From Eledone cirrhosa (taxonomy: Eukaryota), in the NCBI GenBank assembly GCA_964016885.1, contig OZ024746.1:47430001-47494000 (forward strand): a stretch of 64,000 bases of DNA. The letters run 5' to 3'. A program made the translations under genes and the position numbers. Below are positions 1-13,712 of the stretch, piece after piece. The notes beneath the pieces are model-generated. The model did no database searches. It saw only the letters and a list, made by a program, of their open reading frames with translations, and was not told where the DNA came from. Each line of letters begins with the position of its first letter. Position 1 is the first letter of the stretch.

Positions 1-63
<63 letters not shown>

Positions 64-220
64 AAAGAATAGAGGTGTAACACACAAGTTATTATATATT
101 GGTAAACGGAATAGAAAATGCTGACAAATTGTTCACAGTTGAAAAATGGTTTAATTAGGAATAAAAGAGTATTAGCAATTGTATGGGTTAGTATTCAGTT
201 GTGGTTTTAAGTTTTTAAGT

Positions 221-257
221 TTTTACCGGTTGCGCATTTCTAAATGCTTTTCAAAAA
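221..257 (-). ncRNA. Degenerate type I hammerhead ribozyme (U3-A8 core variant) in the PLE 1 3' region
   Basis: Minus strand reads UUU-UUGAAAA-GCAUUU(AG)AAAUGC-GCAA-CCGG-UA-AAA. It is homologous to the intact motif at 38485-38522, but GAAA is mutated to GCAA. Confidence 0.6.
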
Positions 258-1037
258 TAATTTTGAGATAGAGTGTCCGTGTTGTTTGCTCTGATCTGAT
301 TAGTTTTGGGAATTCTACCTGTTTTTATGTTAAAAAAAAAGTGGCTCCAGCGCTACTTTGGTGTTGCAAAAATACTCTATCATGATGTACTAAAGGTATA
401 TATATTAGGATGATTACTCCCTATCATACAGTGCTACAACTGAATACTCCATACAAAGAGCCATATCTTTATATCAAAGTTCACTGCAAATGTAGTCTAC
501 TCTCAGAACATGTCAGGGGACTTATTAGAATTATGTCTACAAAACCCCTGGTAAGTTCTGGAGCAGCGTATGGCTGTTTGCATGGCAAAGCCAAATACAT
601 CTCTTGGGCAGACAAATACATCCCTCATTTACAATGTCATTAATCTATGCATCAAATTATACTTGCATATATAACTCACATACTATTCATACATAATTCA
701 TTGCACTCAACATATAAGTTAGACAGATCTCTTATGTTAATAAATTAATCTTATATATATCCAATGTTATCACTCCATACATATAAATACAATTGCATTG
801 TCGAATCTGGTATTTAAAGCTTATATAGACTGTATTGTATCCCTATATAATTATAAGTAATTGAAAGTAATTATACTAAAAGTAGGTGTTTATGGGGATA
901 TTTCTAGGGTATAAAGTTATAGATAGATGGAATGATTTGTGTCGAAATAGGGTGGATCAGAGAGTGTGGAGTTGTGGTGTGAGGTGTGCCCTTGAGGTGT
1001 GGTGTTAGAAGTGGTGATGGGTTCAAGTCTGACATTG

Positions 1038-3378
1038 TTATATATTGGGTTTAAAGTTTTGGAAGGAGTGCCGGAAGCGGTGCTGGCACGACGCAGTCAC
1101 TTCCAATTTTTTATTAAGTAGGTTATGGTTTGAGAAGATTATAGTATGGATCTCTAGTAGACAGAGGTTACAGAATATATTAGGTGGTTTGTACGATGCC
1201 GCCTTACCTATCACTTCCCATTTAAGTGTATAAGATCTATTTCTAGTTTTTAGATAGTGTATGTAGCTAGATAGTGAAGTGGAGTTGACTAGACTGTGTT
1301 TTTTGAAAGAATGGAGGTGTGAATTGTATCTGGTTTTGAAGCAGTTTGAAGTAGAGCCTATATAGGTTTCAGAAGAGTTGCTAGTTATGACAGTGCATGA
1401 GTATATGATGTCCTTGATTAAGCAGTTTTTATCTAAAGGGCTGGTTCTATTAGATCTACAGTTACAATTATTTTGGATGTTAACCTGCCGGTTATTATGT
1501 TGTGTAGAAGTCTGGTTGCTAGGTATTGTATTATGGCTATGGGGGTTGTCGCTCCCAGCGTTATTGATTTCACTAGTGCTATTACTATTATTACTATTGA
1601 TATCAGGGTTTGCATATATAACGTTGTTTTGAAGGTTTACCCCCTGTCGTGTTTTAGTTTGTTGGAAGTAAGTATTAATGTTTCTTTTATTGCTACTAGC
1701 TATGTGGTATGCTATGTTAGGCGTGGTAGAGTAGGAGATTTTAATGGTGTTTTTGTTTATAAGACTATGATACTTGTGGCCAGATAGGAAGTTTTTATCC
1801 AGGAGTGAGAAGAAAGCCTTAGGTAGGTTGGTAGAGACGTTTAGATTGAAAGTGGGGGGGGTGAAAAATGTATTATTTCTTCTATTTTTGTTTTTTATGT
1901 CTGCTGAGATGCTTCCGTTTATGGTATTTTGGTGACCTCCCTGGTGTGGGTTACGTTTGTTGCCACCCTTCGTACTAGTGTGTGTGTGGTTATTATTCTT
2001 ATTATTATTTTTCCTCATGGACATATTGTGCGAAATAATGTTGTAACTATGTGTTTTTGTAGGCAGGAACTCGATCTCATTATTATGGCCTGATCTAGCT
2101 AATGCCTGATTATAATATTGTGAGTTTTTGCTAAATATGTTTTCGTCATAAGATAGATTAGAAATTCTATTGGATATTCCCTTAGAGATAGAGTTTAATA
2201 TTGATCTAGGGTGGTTAGACTTGGTATCTACGTAAAGCAGTGTTTCGTTAGGTTTATGGAATGGTGTATATATCCTAGAGTCTAGGTAGGGGGTGGCATC
2301 TAGGAAGTTAACGTTTTTAGTGTTTTTGTCTATGGTGATACTTAGGTTATAGTTTTTGAAAGTCTTGTGCAATAGTTTTCTAGTTCTTTCTATATTAAAT
2401 TTTTTATAGTCTATAAGGAGAAGTGCATCATCGCGGTACAAACCACCGTTGAGGTATGGAAGGTCCTTATGGATTTCGTTTAGTAAGTATAGGCCCACCA
2501 AATCAGTGACCTGCGCCGAGTCACTAGATCCCATGGTTATGTCGAAGTTGTTATGCGTATCCTTGCGGGTCCATAACTGGTCTTCAAAAGTGATTACGGT
2601 TTTACGGGCCGCAAGTATGACATCAATCTGGGGTCTAGTCAGGTCACTATTGTTCATGGCCATAATTAGTGCCTTATTTAATAGGTTAGGGGAAATAGAG
2701 GTGTAGTATGAATTGATATCAAATTGAATAAATGTGTTATCTTTGTTTTCCTTGATATCCTTAAACCATTCAATAAATTCACCTGTATTTCCCCATTGTT
2801 TAAGGTATATTTTGTGTTTAATCTGTGGGATGATTTTATCTAAGATTTTCTTACTGATAATGCCAATATCAGACTTGGCAGGGCAGATTAGTCTAATGCA
2901 GATTAGTCTTAGGCAGATTGCTAATGAAATCCTCCTCATGGTGCTTCAGAGAGAACCTAGGGGGGTTTGGTGTGTATGGTTATGTATGTCTCTGAAGTCC
3001 TAGTTTGGACACTATACTACGGCCTTCTATATTAATTTCTTCTAAGTTTTTCATAGTAGTTTTCTTGAAGCTCTTATGTAGTTCATTATATATAAACTTT
3101 CTATATGTATTATAATCTAGGCTGCATATGTTATTAGTTTTGTCCGCATGCACAATAATTTTACTACTTGTGTTGAATTCATTAATAGAGGAGTTAAGTT
3201 TGTTTAAGAAGGTGTTGTTTTTATTACGATGCTTTTTGTATTTAATGTTCTTAACTAGTTTTATTAGGTCATTTTCAAAGGAGTTTAGTAGTGTTGTGAG
3301 GGGGGCTTCTAAAAGTTTTAAAGCCGAAGGAGTCGAATTTGTTAGTATTATCAACTTTGTTAGATTTGTTTTTATCAT
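1038..3378 (-). pseudogene. PLE reverse transcriptase-GIY-YIG endonuclease ORF, frameshifted near 2900-2980
   Basis: Motifs seen: ADKTNN, FIQFDINSYY, MGSSDSAQVTDLVG, GGLYRDD, NFLD, YVDTKSNHP, CNCR..PL..NC, IIYSC..TYIGST..FKTRY..H, C-terminal LLNKKLE. The ORF is split into 2980-3378 and 1038-2939, with a short tandem duplication (ggcagattagtct) near the break. Confidence 0.9.
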
Positions 3379-3570
3379 AATGGAATGTCCTCCATCTCAC
3401 TATAAATATATATATCTTTTGCTGAGCTATTTATCTTACTGGTAATAAGGTAGTAATAAATTACTGACCTTCACTGTTTAGGGTTTAAAATATACATAAC
3501 TATAAAAAGTTTTAGTATATACATAACCATAAATAGTATCCTTAATATTATATATATATATATATATATA

Positions 3571-4472
3571 TGAATAAAGTGGTCCTTCATCAGTGATCTT
3601 CCAACCATCATCGGTATTTCTTCGCTTTAAAGACCATATACCTCCGGTTGGTGCGAGCAACGGCTAAAGAAAGTCGTTGGGACATGGGAACAGCGAGAGT
3701 GTAAACAAACAAAAATGGTGAAGCAAAGAAAAGTGAGGAAGAGCGAGTCAAGTCCAAAAATTTTCCATGAATATAAGTTCGGTGAAATCGTGAACGAGAG
3801 AGAATAAAGACCATCAAACCTGGTTGAAATGTGAGCAAGGAAGGAATTTCGCACAGGTCTAACGGGAGGAAGAAGGGGTCTAGTCTGTGAATTCGGTAAA
3901 CATAAGTTCTGTGAAATCGTAGACGAGAGAGAGAAAAAATGCCGACTGGCCTGGCCAAGCGTGCGAAAGAAAAGAATTACGCACAGGTCAAACGGGAAGA
4001 GGGAGGGGGAGGAGGAGGGGGAGGAGGAGGAGGAGGAGGAGGAGGAGGAGGAGGAGGAGGAGGCGGAGGAGGAGGAGGAGGAGGAGGAGGAGGGGTAGTA
4101 ACAGAGAGTGAGTGAGCAAAGGGTGAGGAAGAGGCTAACAGAGAGAGTGACTGTTAGAGAGGGTAAAGATACAGAGAAAGAGGAAGCAGTAACAACGAAA
4201 TAGACGGGTCAACAGCGGGAGAAAAAATATGTGTAAATATGAGAATAAACGTGCTGCGGAGTTGCAAATGGGTTACATATGAATAAAGTGGTCCTTCATC
4301 AGTGATCTTCCAACCATCATCGGTATTTCTTCGCTTTAAAGACCATATACCTCCGGTTGGTGCGAGCAACGGCTAAAGAAAGTCGTTGGGACATGTAAAT
4401 AAAGGGAACAGCGAGAGTGTAAACAAACAAAGATGGTGAAGCAACGAAAAGTGAGGAAGAGAGTCAAGTCCA

Positions 4473-4475
<3 letters not shown>
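3571..4475 (-). mobile_element. Non-coding element with ~195-bp partial tandem terminal repeats (pLTR-like), flanked by (TA)n
   Basis: 3571-3765 is repeated at 4281-4475. There is an internal (GGA)n tract, TA flanks and no ORF. Strand is inferred. Confidence 0.6.
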
Positions 4476-4510
<35 letters not shown>

Positions 4511-4632
4511 TATATATCAGAATGGAAGCGGTAAAAACCAGTTAGACCATTACTGACCAGAGTGCTCAATACTTGGGGTAGTAGAGTGGGAATATGAAAA
4601 TTTCGGGCCCCCGACGGCTGAGCCGAATTTTT

Positions 4633-4699
<67 letters not shown>

Positions 4700-5149
4700 T
4701 TGTATAAGTTCGTTATTTCATTCAGTGAGAATATTTTCGGCATCCCATGGGTGACAGACAACGAGAGATTAGACGGTGTAAATTATATTAAAAGATGTGT
4801 ATGTTATTACATAATAAAGCTTATCAATGACCAGAAAGTACAAGTGTAATGTTTTCCATTCATATTAAGAAATGTGATTATTAATATATTTATCTTTCTT
4901 GTTGATTTGCTACAATGCATATCAGTTGAAATGTAATTTCCACATCGGTACAGATTTTTCTGATCCAATATAGGAAAAAGATTAATGCCATTGTTTTATT
5001 GTTTGTTCGTTTGTTTGTTTGTTTGTTTGTTTTTATTTTCATTGTTTTATCTTATCCAACTTGAAAAAACTAGAAGGTAATGGGGGGGGGTAATAAGAAA
5101 AGATTGTATTAGTTGAATCTGCTAATATATGTGTGCGTGTAGTGTATAA

Positions 5150-6175
<1,026 letters not shown>

Positions 6176-6176
6176 G

Positions 6177-6387
6177 CGAAGGAGGTGTGGTAAGGAACCA
6201 GATGGACCATAACGCCCCAGAGTACTCAATACCTAGGGTAGTAGAGTGGTAATAGGAAAATGTTTGACCCCGACGGCAGAGCTCAAGCCGTTTCGACGGC
6301 TATTCTGGACCCCAGAAATATTTCTGCATTCCAGAAATAGCCGTCGAAACGGCTTGAGCTTTGCCGTCGGAGTCAAACATTTTCCTG
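6177..6387 (-). mobile_element. Solo 3' fragment of the PLE 2 pLTR family with a 5' inversion (fold-back), carrying the 3' half of a hammerhead
   Basis: Similar to 9793-9930, 16131-16387 and 4550-4630. Contains UAGCCGUC-GAAA-CGGC-uugagcucu-GCCG-UC-GGGGU. Confidence 0.75.
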
Positions 6388-7639
6388 TATATATATATAT
6401 ATTGTTATACTTTGGGAGGGTCATGTTGCCAATAAAAACACACGCACCTGTTGGTTTTCACTTCAATTTATTATAAATATATTTCCTGTTGGTTGGTTAG
6501 TTGGTTCGATAACCGGAAGGTTGTTTATATGTTGTCAAAGCTCCTTCATCACACATTCTGTGACTAGGTTTTTATTTTTGCATGTCTCTCTTTTTTTTTC
6601 TGTCCTACACCATCTTCCTTTTTGTGTGTTGCGTTCACACAACACACAAAATTAGATTAGGAGTCATTACAAAGTAAAATATAACTGTTAGCCTATTTTT
6701 TCAAACTTGCTGCTCTTCATAAAGTAAAGCATACGACCTAGGTGGGATCTTTTCTTTGGCGAACTAATTCGTACAATTTTTATACTTTTTTTGATAAGTT
6801 CATGTTTACAGAAAGACAACTATAACTAACTGAAAAGTGTTATGCAATAACATAAAAAATGTTACTAAATTGTAATTCCTCTTCATCATATTCATATCTA
6901 TATAATACAAAATGAACAAATGGTTATTTTCATAGAAGGATTCCGATGATTTTGCAGTTAAACTAAATGTTTTATCTTTCACTTGAAATTTTTTTTAATG
7001 TCAACTTCTAACGAAAATACAGAGTAGCTTGTCTTATTAATTTTTATTTACCTCAGATAAGTGTTATATAAGAAGTGAACTGATTAGCACTATTATAGAT
7101 CAATGGAACAATTTCTTTCTGTAGAGGCAACCATATAAAGAAGTCTGCAATGGACTTACTAATTAGGTTTTCAGTTAACGATATATGTATTACGTGTTTT
7201 GTTTTTGTGTTGTTTTCTTTTACTGTGGTTATTTACCTATAATTGAAACTTCATTCCAAATGTAATTTCTATTTTGGCATTATATATATTCTGCTTTCTC
7301 GCTTTATAGTATTTCGTTTAATCAGCGAGTTCCGATGTTCGTCTGTTCTGGGCTTTAGAAACAAGAAATATTAGTCTAATAGTCAGGAAACTTCAGACTA
7401 CTCCAAATATAAAGTTTTCTGTAATTTTGTTTTTTATAGTAATCATGTTTTGGCAAACTTCCGTACAAATCCAAACATATGAAAACTAATGTTTTTCAAA
7501 AGAATTTCTCCTCTTGTATGTTTATCTATCATGTTGATTGTATGTCAGACTTGTGTGTCTGTTTTTCATAATAGCAAATATAACAAATCAAAAATTCTGT
7601 TTAGTGACTCAAACATAGACCTGTGAAATTGACGTAAAC

Positions 7640-8035
7640 TAATAATTTCTGATTTAAGTAAAAGGCCAGCAATATGTAGGTAGAAGGAAGTCGATTACAG
7701 GGACACCAGTGCATTATTGGTACTTTATTTTACCAATCTCTGAAGGATGAAAGGCAACATTGACCTTGGCGGTATTTGAAATCAGAATGGTGATGGCTGT
7801 AGCTAAATGCTGCAAAGCGTTTGACTTTGAAAATACGCCGGCTTAAAATTGAAGTATAATTGTTTCTACTTTTGGCACAAGGCCAGCAATTACCCATTAT
7901 TGGTACTTTATTTTATCGACCCCCGTAAGGATGAAAGGCAAAGTTAACCTCAGCGGGATTTGAAGTCAGAACGTAAAGGGCCGTAACTCTATGCTGTAAA
8001 GCATGGTGTCTACCGATACTACCAATTCACCACCT
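7640..8035 (-). mobile_element. Two copies of a tRNA-derived SINE
   Basis: Reverse complement of the B-box-like gttcaaatccc followed by gcctttcatccttacggggtcgataaaataaagtaccag. The family recurs more than 10 times in the window. Confidence 0.8.
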
Positions 8036-8522
8036 TCAAATTGAAGTTTAATAATTCATACTTCAAATTGAAGTATAATGATATGATTACTAACACTGAC
8101 ACAGGAAATTAGGATAGTCGATTAAATCAAGTTTAAATCATAACTGGCATTAATTTCATTGACCCCGGAGGGATAAAATGGAAAAATCAATTTAAACTTA
8201 AAACGTAATTAAATACTATAACACATTTTGGCAGTTCTTATCCGATTCTACTTTCTACTAACTCCACTGTCTGTAGCAATATTAAAATATACTAACAAAA
8301 AAATTTCCTTTCGATATATATATATACAATGATATTAAATAAATGGAAACTATATTTATAAAATCATATTTATTCTATAGCAAAAGGGATATTTAATTTG
8401 TTGGTAATTCAACAAATATAAATGTTTAAAACTGATTCGAAGCACTCAACAGTTTTCTGGAGTATAATATTCAATGATATTAAATTATGGAAATACTCAA
8501 TAAATGGAAATACTCCCTTTTG

Positions 8523-8594
<72 letters not shown>

Positions 8595-8724
8595 AAAGTT
8601 CTATTTAAATTGTTGGGATACAACAAGCAAATATTTTTATAACTGATATAAAGCACTCAACAAGTATTTGGAGTAAACATACAATATTAACAAATGGAAA
8701 CTATATTTATAAAACCATATTTAT

Positions 8725-8778
8725 TTCATTATACTTCAAGGACACCAAGTTATGTTATGGTGTGCTTTCATCAGACAA
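8725..8778 (-). ncRNA. Degenerate hammerhead remnant
   Basis: Minus strand reads CUGAUGA-AAG(C)ACACCA..UGGUGU(C)CUU-GAAG-UAUA. The core and stem II are recognisable, but the 3' half has decayed. Confidence 0.4.
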
Positions 8779-9676
8779 AATATAATATAGATCAGTTTTA
8801 TAAATAAATATTGACATACCCTTAAAAAATGCAACCATTACTATATATATATAATGCTTAGATAGCAGAACGTATGTATAAAAAAACCACACCCGTAATG
8901 TGTATTACTTGTGACAGTATCTTGTTAGCTCAATGTACGAAAACAGAGCCGAAAACAAAGAGCGCTTATAACATCAATCAGAGCATTGAAAACAAAAATA
9001 CAATAATGAAGATAAACTCTACCGACCTACATCATAAGAACAATAGATATATGGTACAGGATCATAGGATAATAGTGAGAATGGAGATGATACATAATAA
9101 GGTTGTTAGTCAGAGTAAGGAAAAATAAAATAAACTGAAGTAATCACAGAGGAGATAGATGCATATGAAGGAATCAGTCAAGGCGATAAAGAAAAAAGAA
9201 AAAAGAAGGAATACTCAAAAATAATTAAAAAATTAATTAAAAAATTAAAAATTAAAAAATAAAAATAAAAATAATAAAAATAAAAAATAAAAAATAATAA
9301 TTATTAATTAAACAATAATTAAAAAATTAAAAAATTAATAAATTAAAAAATAATTAAAAAATATCTTTTTTAAAAATGTAAAAATATAAAAAAATATATA
9401 TATTAAAAAAATATAAAAAATATATTAAAAAATATATATATTAAAAAAATATAATAATAATTAAAAACAATTAAAAAATAAATAATTAAAAATAAAAAAA
9501 TAAATAAAATCGAAATTAAAAACTAATTAAAAAACTAATTAAAAAAATAATTAGAAAATATATATTTAACAAAATAATTAACAAGAGAGAGGGGGAGGCA
9601 TAGATGCATATGAGGGCACACAAACGCAAGGAGAGGAAGCATGCATCGGTCATCATTATTGTATTTTTGTTTTCAA

Positions 9677-9723
9677 CACTCTGATGAGTCCTACCCTATG
9701 TTATGTATGAAACACTGTCAGCG
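9677..9723 (+). ncRNA. Partly degenerate minimal type I hammerhead at the 3' end of an A-rich pLTR-like element (~8830-9768)
   Basis: cact-CTGATGA-g..t-GAAAC-act-GTC-agcg, followed by AATAAA, a T-rich tail and (TA)n. Stems I and II have mismatches. Confidence 0.55.
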
Positions 9724-10539
9724 AATAAAAATTGATTGATGTTATAAGCACTCTTTGTTTTCTCTTACTATATATACATATATATATATATAACGAAGGA
9801 GATGTGGTAAGGAACCAGGTGGACCATAACGCACCAAAGTACTCAATACTTAGGGTAGTAGAGTGGGTAATAGGAACGAGTAGGACCCCGGCGGCTGAGC
9901 TCAAGCCGTTTCGACGGCTAATTCTGGACTAAATGAAAAGTTTTATCCTGGTATATGAATAGCCGAGCTTCTCAGGGTGTAATTCCATATATGGTAAAAG
10001 TGATTGTCACAAGGATTGGTCAAAAGTTTGTTGTTGAGACACATAATTCTATCATGGCAATTTGTGGAAGGAAGGGGTAGCTGAACCTGCCAGTAGAAGA
10101 AAGAGGGAGAGGGAGTGGAAGAAACCCAGTAGTGCGTTATAGTGCCAACTACAGCAGGGCAGGAGGTCAAGCAAGTATACTAGGGAGGGGGAGAGGGAGG
10201 GGGAGGAAGTCGAAACAATAAGTAAATCAATATGGAGTAAATATATAGAAGAATACCAAGAATGTTAAAAATATAAAAAAACAATTTCTGGTTACTATTT
10301 CCTAACCACAGTCATCAAGTTTCTCACTGGTACTGCTAAGCTATAGAAAAGTTTACTAGGTGGGACGGAATTGTAGTGAGACCATTTTAAGAGTTAGTAG
10401 TAATCAACTAGTATATCTTACGGTGACAGGTCAACAAGTGGGGGGGGCCAAAATACTAAAGAAACTACCACGAAATAATAATTCAGATACCCGAAACTAA
10501 TACGAAATAATTGTTTCTACCCTAAGCACAAGGTCGCTG

Positions 10540-11935
10540 ATGGGCGAGACACTTGCGCCCATCACCGACCAGGAAAGAAACATCATCCTCCACGCCAGGA
10601 AGACAGTCCTACTTTTCGACAACTCCAAATGGATAAAGAGAGCTCCCGACTCACCTTTCGACGTCAGCATGGGCGCGACGGATTCGGCTGAGGTCACAAA
10701 TCTTATAGGATTATTCCTACTAGTTAAACTCATCGATATGTTTCCTGCATTCGGCGGTGGATTGTACCGTGATGATGGGCTCCTTACCCTTAAAGGGTAC
10801 AACCCCAGTAGTACAGACCGGGTCCGTAAACAATTAATCAGCTTCTTCCGCGACTTGGGATTTAAAATAATCCTACAAACGTCCCTGACTCGAGTAAACT
10901 TCCTGGACGTTACCCTTGACCTCGATAATTATCTGTACTACCCATACAGGAAACCCAACGACAACCTGCACTACATCCACCGCCGGTCAAACCATCCTAG
11001 GAACATCACCAATAACCTGCTTAAAAACATCTCCCTCCGCATATCTTGTTTGTCCGCTAATGAGCAGATATTCGAGGAACATGCGCCTTATTACAACCAG
11101 GCCCTCAAGCGGAGTGGCTTCCGGGAGGAAATATCCTACTGTCCAGCTTCCATTAGCGCAACCAGCAGGCGACACCGCCGCTCACGCAATGTAACATGGT
11201 TCAAACCTCCTCACAACGCCGAGGTGATAACTCCTATCGGGAAAATCTTCTTTAGGCTCATCGAAAAACACTTCCCACTACAACACCGCTACCACAACAT
11301 AATCAACAAAAATACCATCAAACTCTCCTACAGCACCACACCAAACTTTGCACAAACCATCGTCTCCTCTAACAACAAAAAAACTCAACCTCTATGGAAG
11401 AAATAACCTAAATAGCAGTTGAGAGCCGACCAGGAGGTGCAACTGTCCTGATGGATCCATTTGTCCCCTCGACAGCAGATGCAGAGATCGTAATGTGATC
11501 TACCAGTGCAACGTGAGGACGGACACCTCCAACAAAGCTTATATAGGATTAACCGCATGTGACTTCAAGACCCGGCTATACCAACACAGACATACTTTCC
11601 GAAACCCGGCCCGGCGTCACGCCACCACACTTTCGGGCCACATCTGGGACCTCAAAGATAACAATATTACCTATGATCTCACTTGGAGCTTACTGTCCAG
11701 AGCCAACTCTTACACCGGAGTACGCCGTCCGTGCAATTTATGCTCGGAGGAAACTTTACAAATGTTGTTTTCGACGGACCTAAACAAGAAAGACGAACTG
11801 GTAACTGCATGCAGACACAGATTGCGTAGGACTTACCTCGCCCACAAACCCCATAATGACCCGGGGGGGGTAGACAAGGGCTGTAACACCCCACTTGCCG
11901 ACTTTGTAATGGGTAACCCCTGCTTGCAAAGGTAG
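10540..11935 (+). pseudogene. Truncated and frameshifted PLE RT + GIY-YIG ORF
   Basis: FDVSMGATDSAEV, GGLYRDDGL, VNFLDVTLDL, YIHRRSNHP, then after a frameshift near 11400: CNCPDGSICPL, VIYQC..AYIGLT..FKTRLYQH, CNLCSEE, LNKKDE. Confidence 0.9.
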
Positions 11936-12985
11936 ACGTAAGATCTTCTTTTATATCTTTTTATCGTTTCCTCTATATTTCCTTCTTCCCCCCATCCCTT
12001 CCTAGTCCTTCCACCCCAGTCCTCCTTCTTTGTCGTCGTCCTTTTCACTTTCTCGCCCACCCGAGGCAGCCCCTTGGTCCTTTGTAGCCTCAGTACCCCC
12101 ACCCCCATCCCCTATTCTATGATAGAATTGGCCGACTCCGCTTTTTATAGCAGATGTGATAGACCCCAGATACTTGCTTCCTTATCCGATGGCTGCCCCA
12201 TTTCCGTGCTTTCTACATTTCTTAGTGGTATCTCTGCTTTAATTTCTCGTATATCAGTATTTATGGTTTTTTTTGTGGGGGGGAATTCGGAATTAATTTT
12301 CCGTATCAAATTTTTCATATACTTCGTACGAGCATTTATGTAGTTTGCACTAGAATTTTTGTATCGTAGCGGCACCCTTAGAGATAGTATTAGTATTCAT
12401 TTTCGGGATTCTGAATTATTATTTCGTATTAGTTTATTTTTTGCACTGGGTGGTTGCTGGCCTTGTGCCTAGGGTAGAAACAATCATTTCGTATTAGTTT
12501 CGGGACTCTGAATTATTATTTCGTGGTAGTTTCTTTAGTATTTTGGCCCCCCACTTGTTGACCCGTCACCGTAAGATATACTCGGTTGATTACTACTAAC
12601 TCTTAAAATGGTCTCACTACAATTCTGTCCCACCTAGTAAACTTTTTTATAGTTTTTGCAGTACCAGTGAGAGACTTGATGACTGTGGTTAGGGAATAGT
12701 AACCAGAAATTGTTTTTTTTATATTTTTAACATTCTTGGTATTGATTTACTTATTGTTTCGACTTCCTCCCCCTCCCCCTCCCTAGTATACTTGCTTGAC
12801 CTCCTGCCATGCTGTAGTTGGCACTATCAACGCACGGCTGGGTTTCCTCCACTCCCTCTCCCTCTTTCTTCTACTGGCAGGTTCAGCTACCCTTCCTTCC
12901 ACAAATTGCCATGATAGAATTATGTGTCTCAACAACAAACTTTTGACCAATCCTTGTGACAATCACTTTTACCATATATGGAATT

Positions 12986-13080
12986 ACCCCCTGAGAAGCT
13001 CGGCTATTCATATACCAGATAAAACTTTTCATTTAGTCCAGAATTAGCCGTCGAAACGGCTTGAGCTCAGCCGCCGGGGT
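12986..13080 (+). ncRNA. Atypical extended hammerhead in the PLE 2 pLTR (inverted copy at 9885-9980)
   Basis: Stem I ACCCC/GGGGU, core CUGAGAA, long stem II CGGCUA..UAGCCG, GAAA, stem III CGGC/GCCG with a palindromic UGAGCUCA loop. The triplet is GCC here but GUC in the sister copies at 6.3 and 16.2 kb. Confidence 0.6.
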
Positions 13081-13090
13081 CCTACTCGTT

Positions 13091-13143
<53 letters not shown>

Positions 13144-13420
13144 ATAATAATAAATTTGAAGACTAAAATCCAAAGAGGGCTCGATAAGGATAAATATATA
13201 TCAAATATATAAGAACCGTAGAGCAAATATTTATTAAAATAACAGATTAAAGTTTAAGCAAAGAATCGCCGCTTTCACCATTAACGGGATCTTCTGAAAC
13301 TAACAAAGTCAATCTGTAAACGCAGAAGTGGATATTTAAAAAAACGTTGCAACCGGAGGAACACAGGAAGACGATATATACATATATATATACATATATA
13401 TATATATATGTGTATGTTTG

Positions 13421-13486
<66 letters not shown>

Positions 13487-13712
13487 CTTCTGGTTTTATA
13501 ATTTCACAAAGTTTTCCCAATAGAGAGAAGGTCGGTTTCTAACATAGACACAAGACTCTCTCATTGGAATTTACACAACATCAACTAGGTAGATATGTAT
13601 GTATGCATGCATGTGTAGATATGGATGTTATTGTATGTGTGGATGTGTATATTTTGAGTTGTATGTGTGCATGTGTATATGCTTTGTATCTGTACATGTG
13701 TATATGCAGTTA

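Larger units (their letters stand above)
59..3545 (-). mobile_element. Penelope-like retroelement (PLE 1) inserted in (TA)n
   Basis: Contains a disrupted RT + C-terminal GIY-YIG ORF, a 3' non-coding region with a hammerhead motif, and (TA)n on both sides. Boundaries are approximate. Confidence 0.85.
9793..13092 (+). mobile_element. Penelope-like element (PLE 2), 5'-truncated with an inverted pLTR at the 5' end
   Basis: 9876-10532 is an inverted copy of ~12466-13092. The RT/GIY-YIG body lies between them, and both ends abut (TA)n. Confidence 0.9.
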
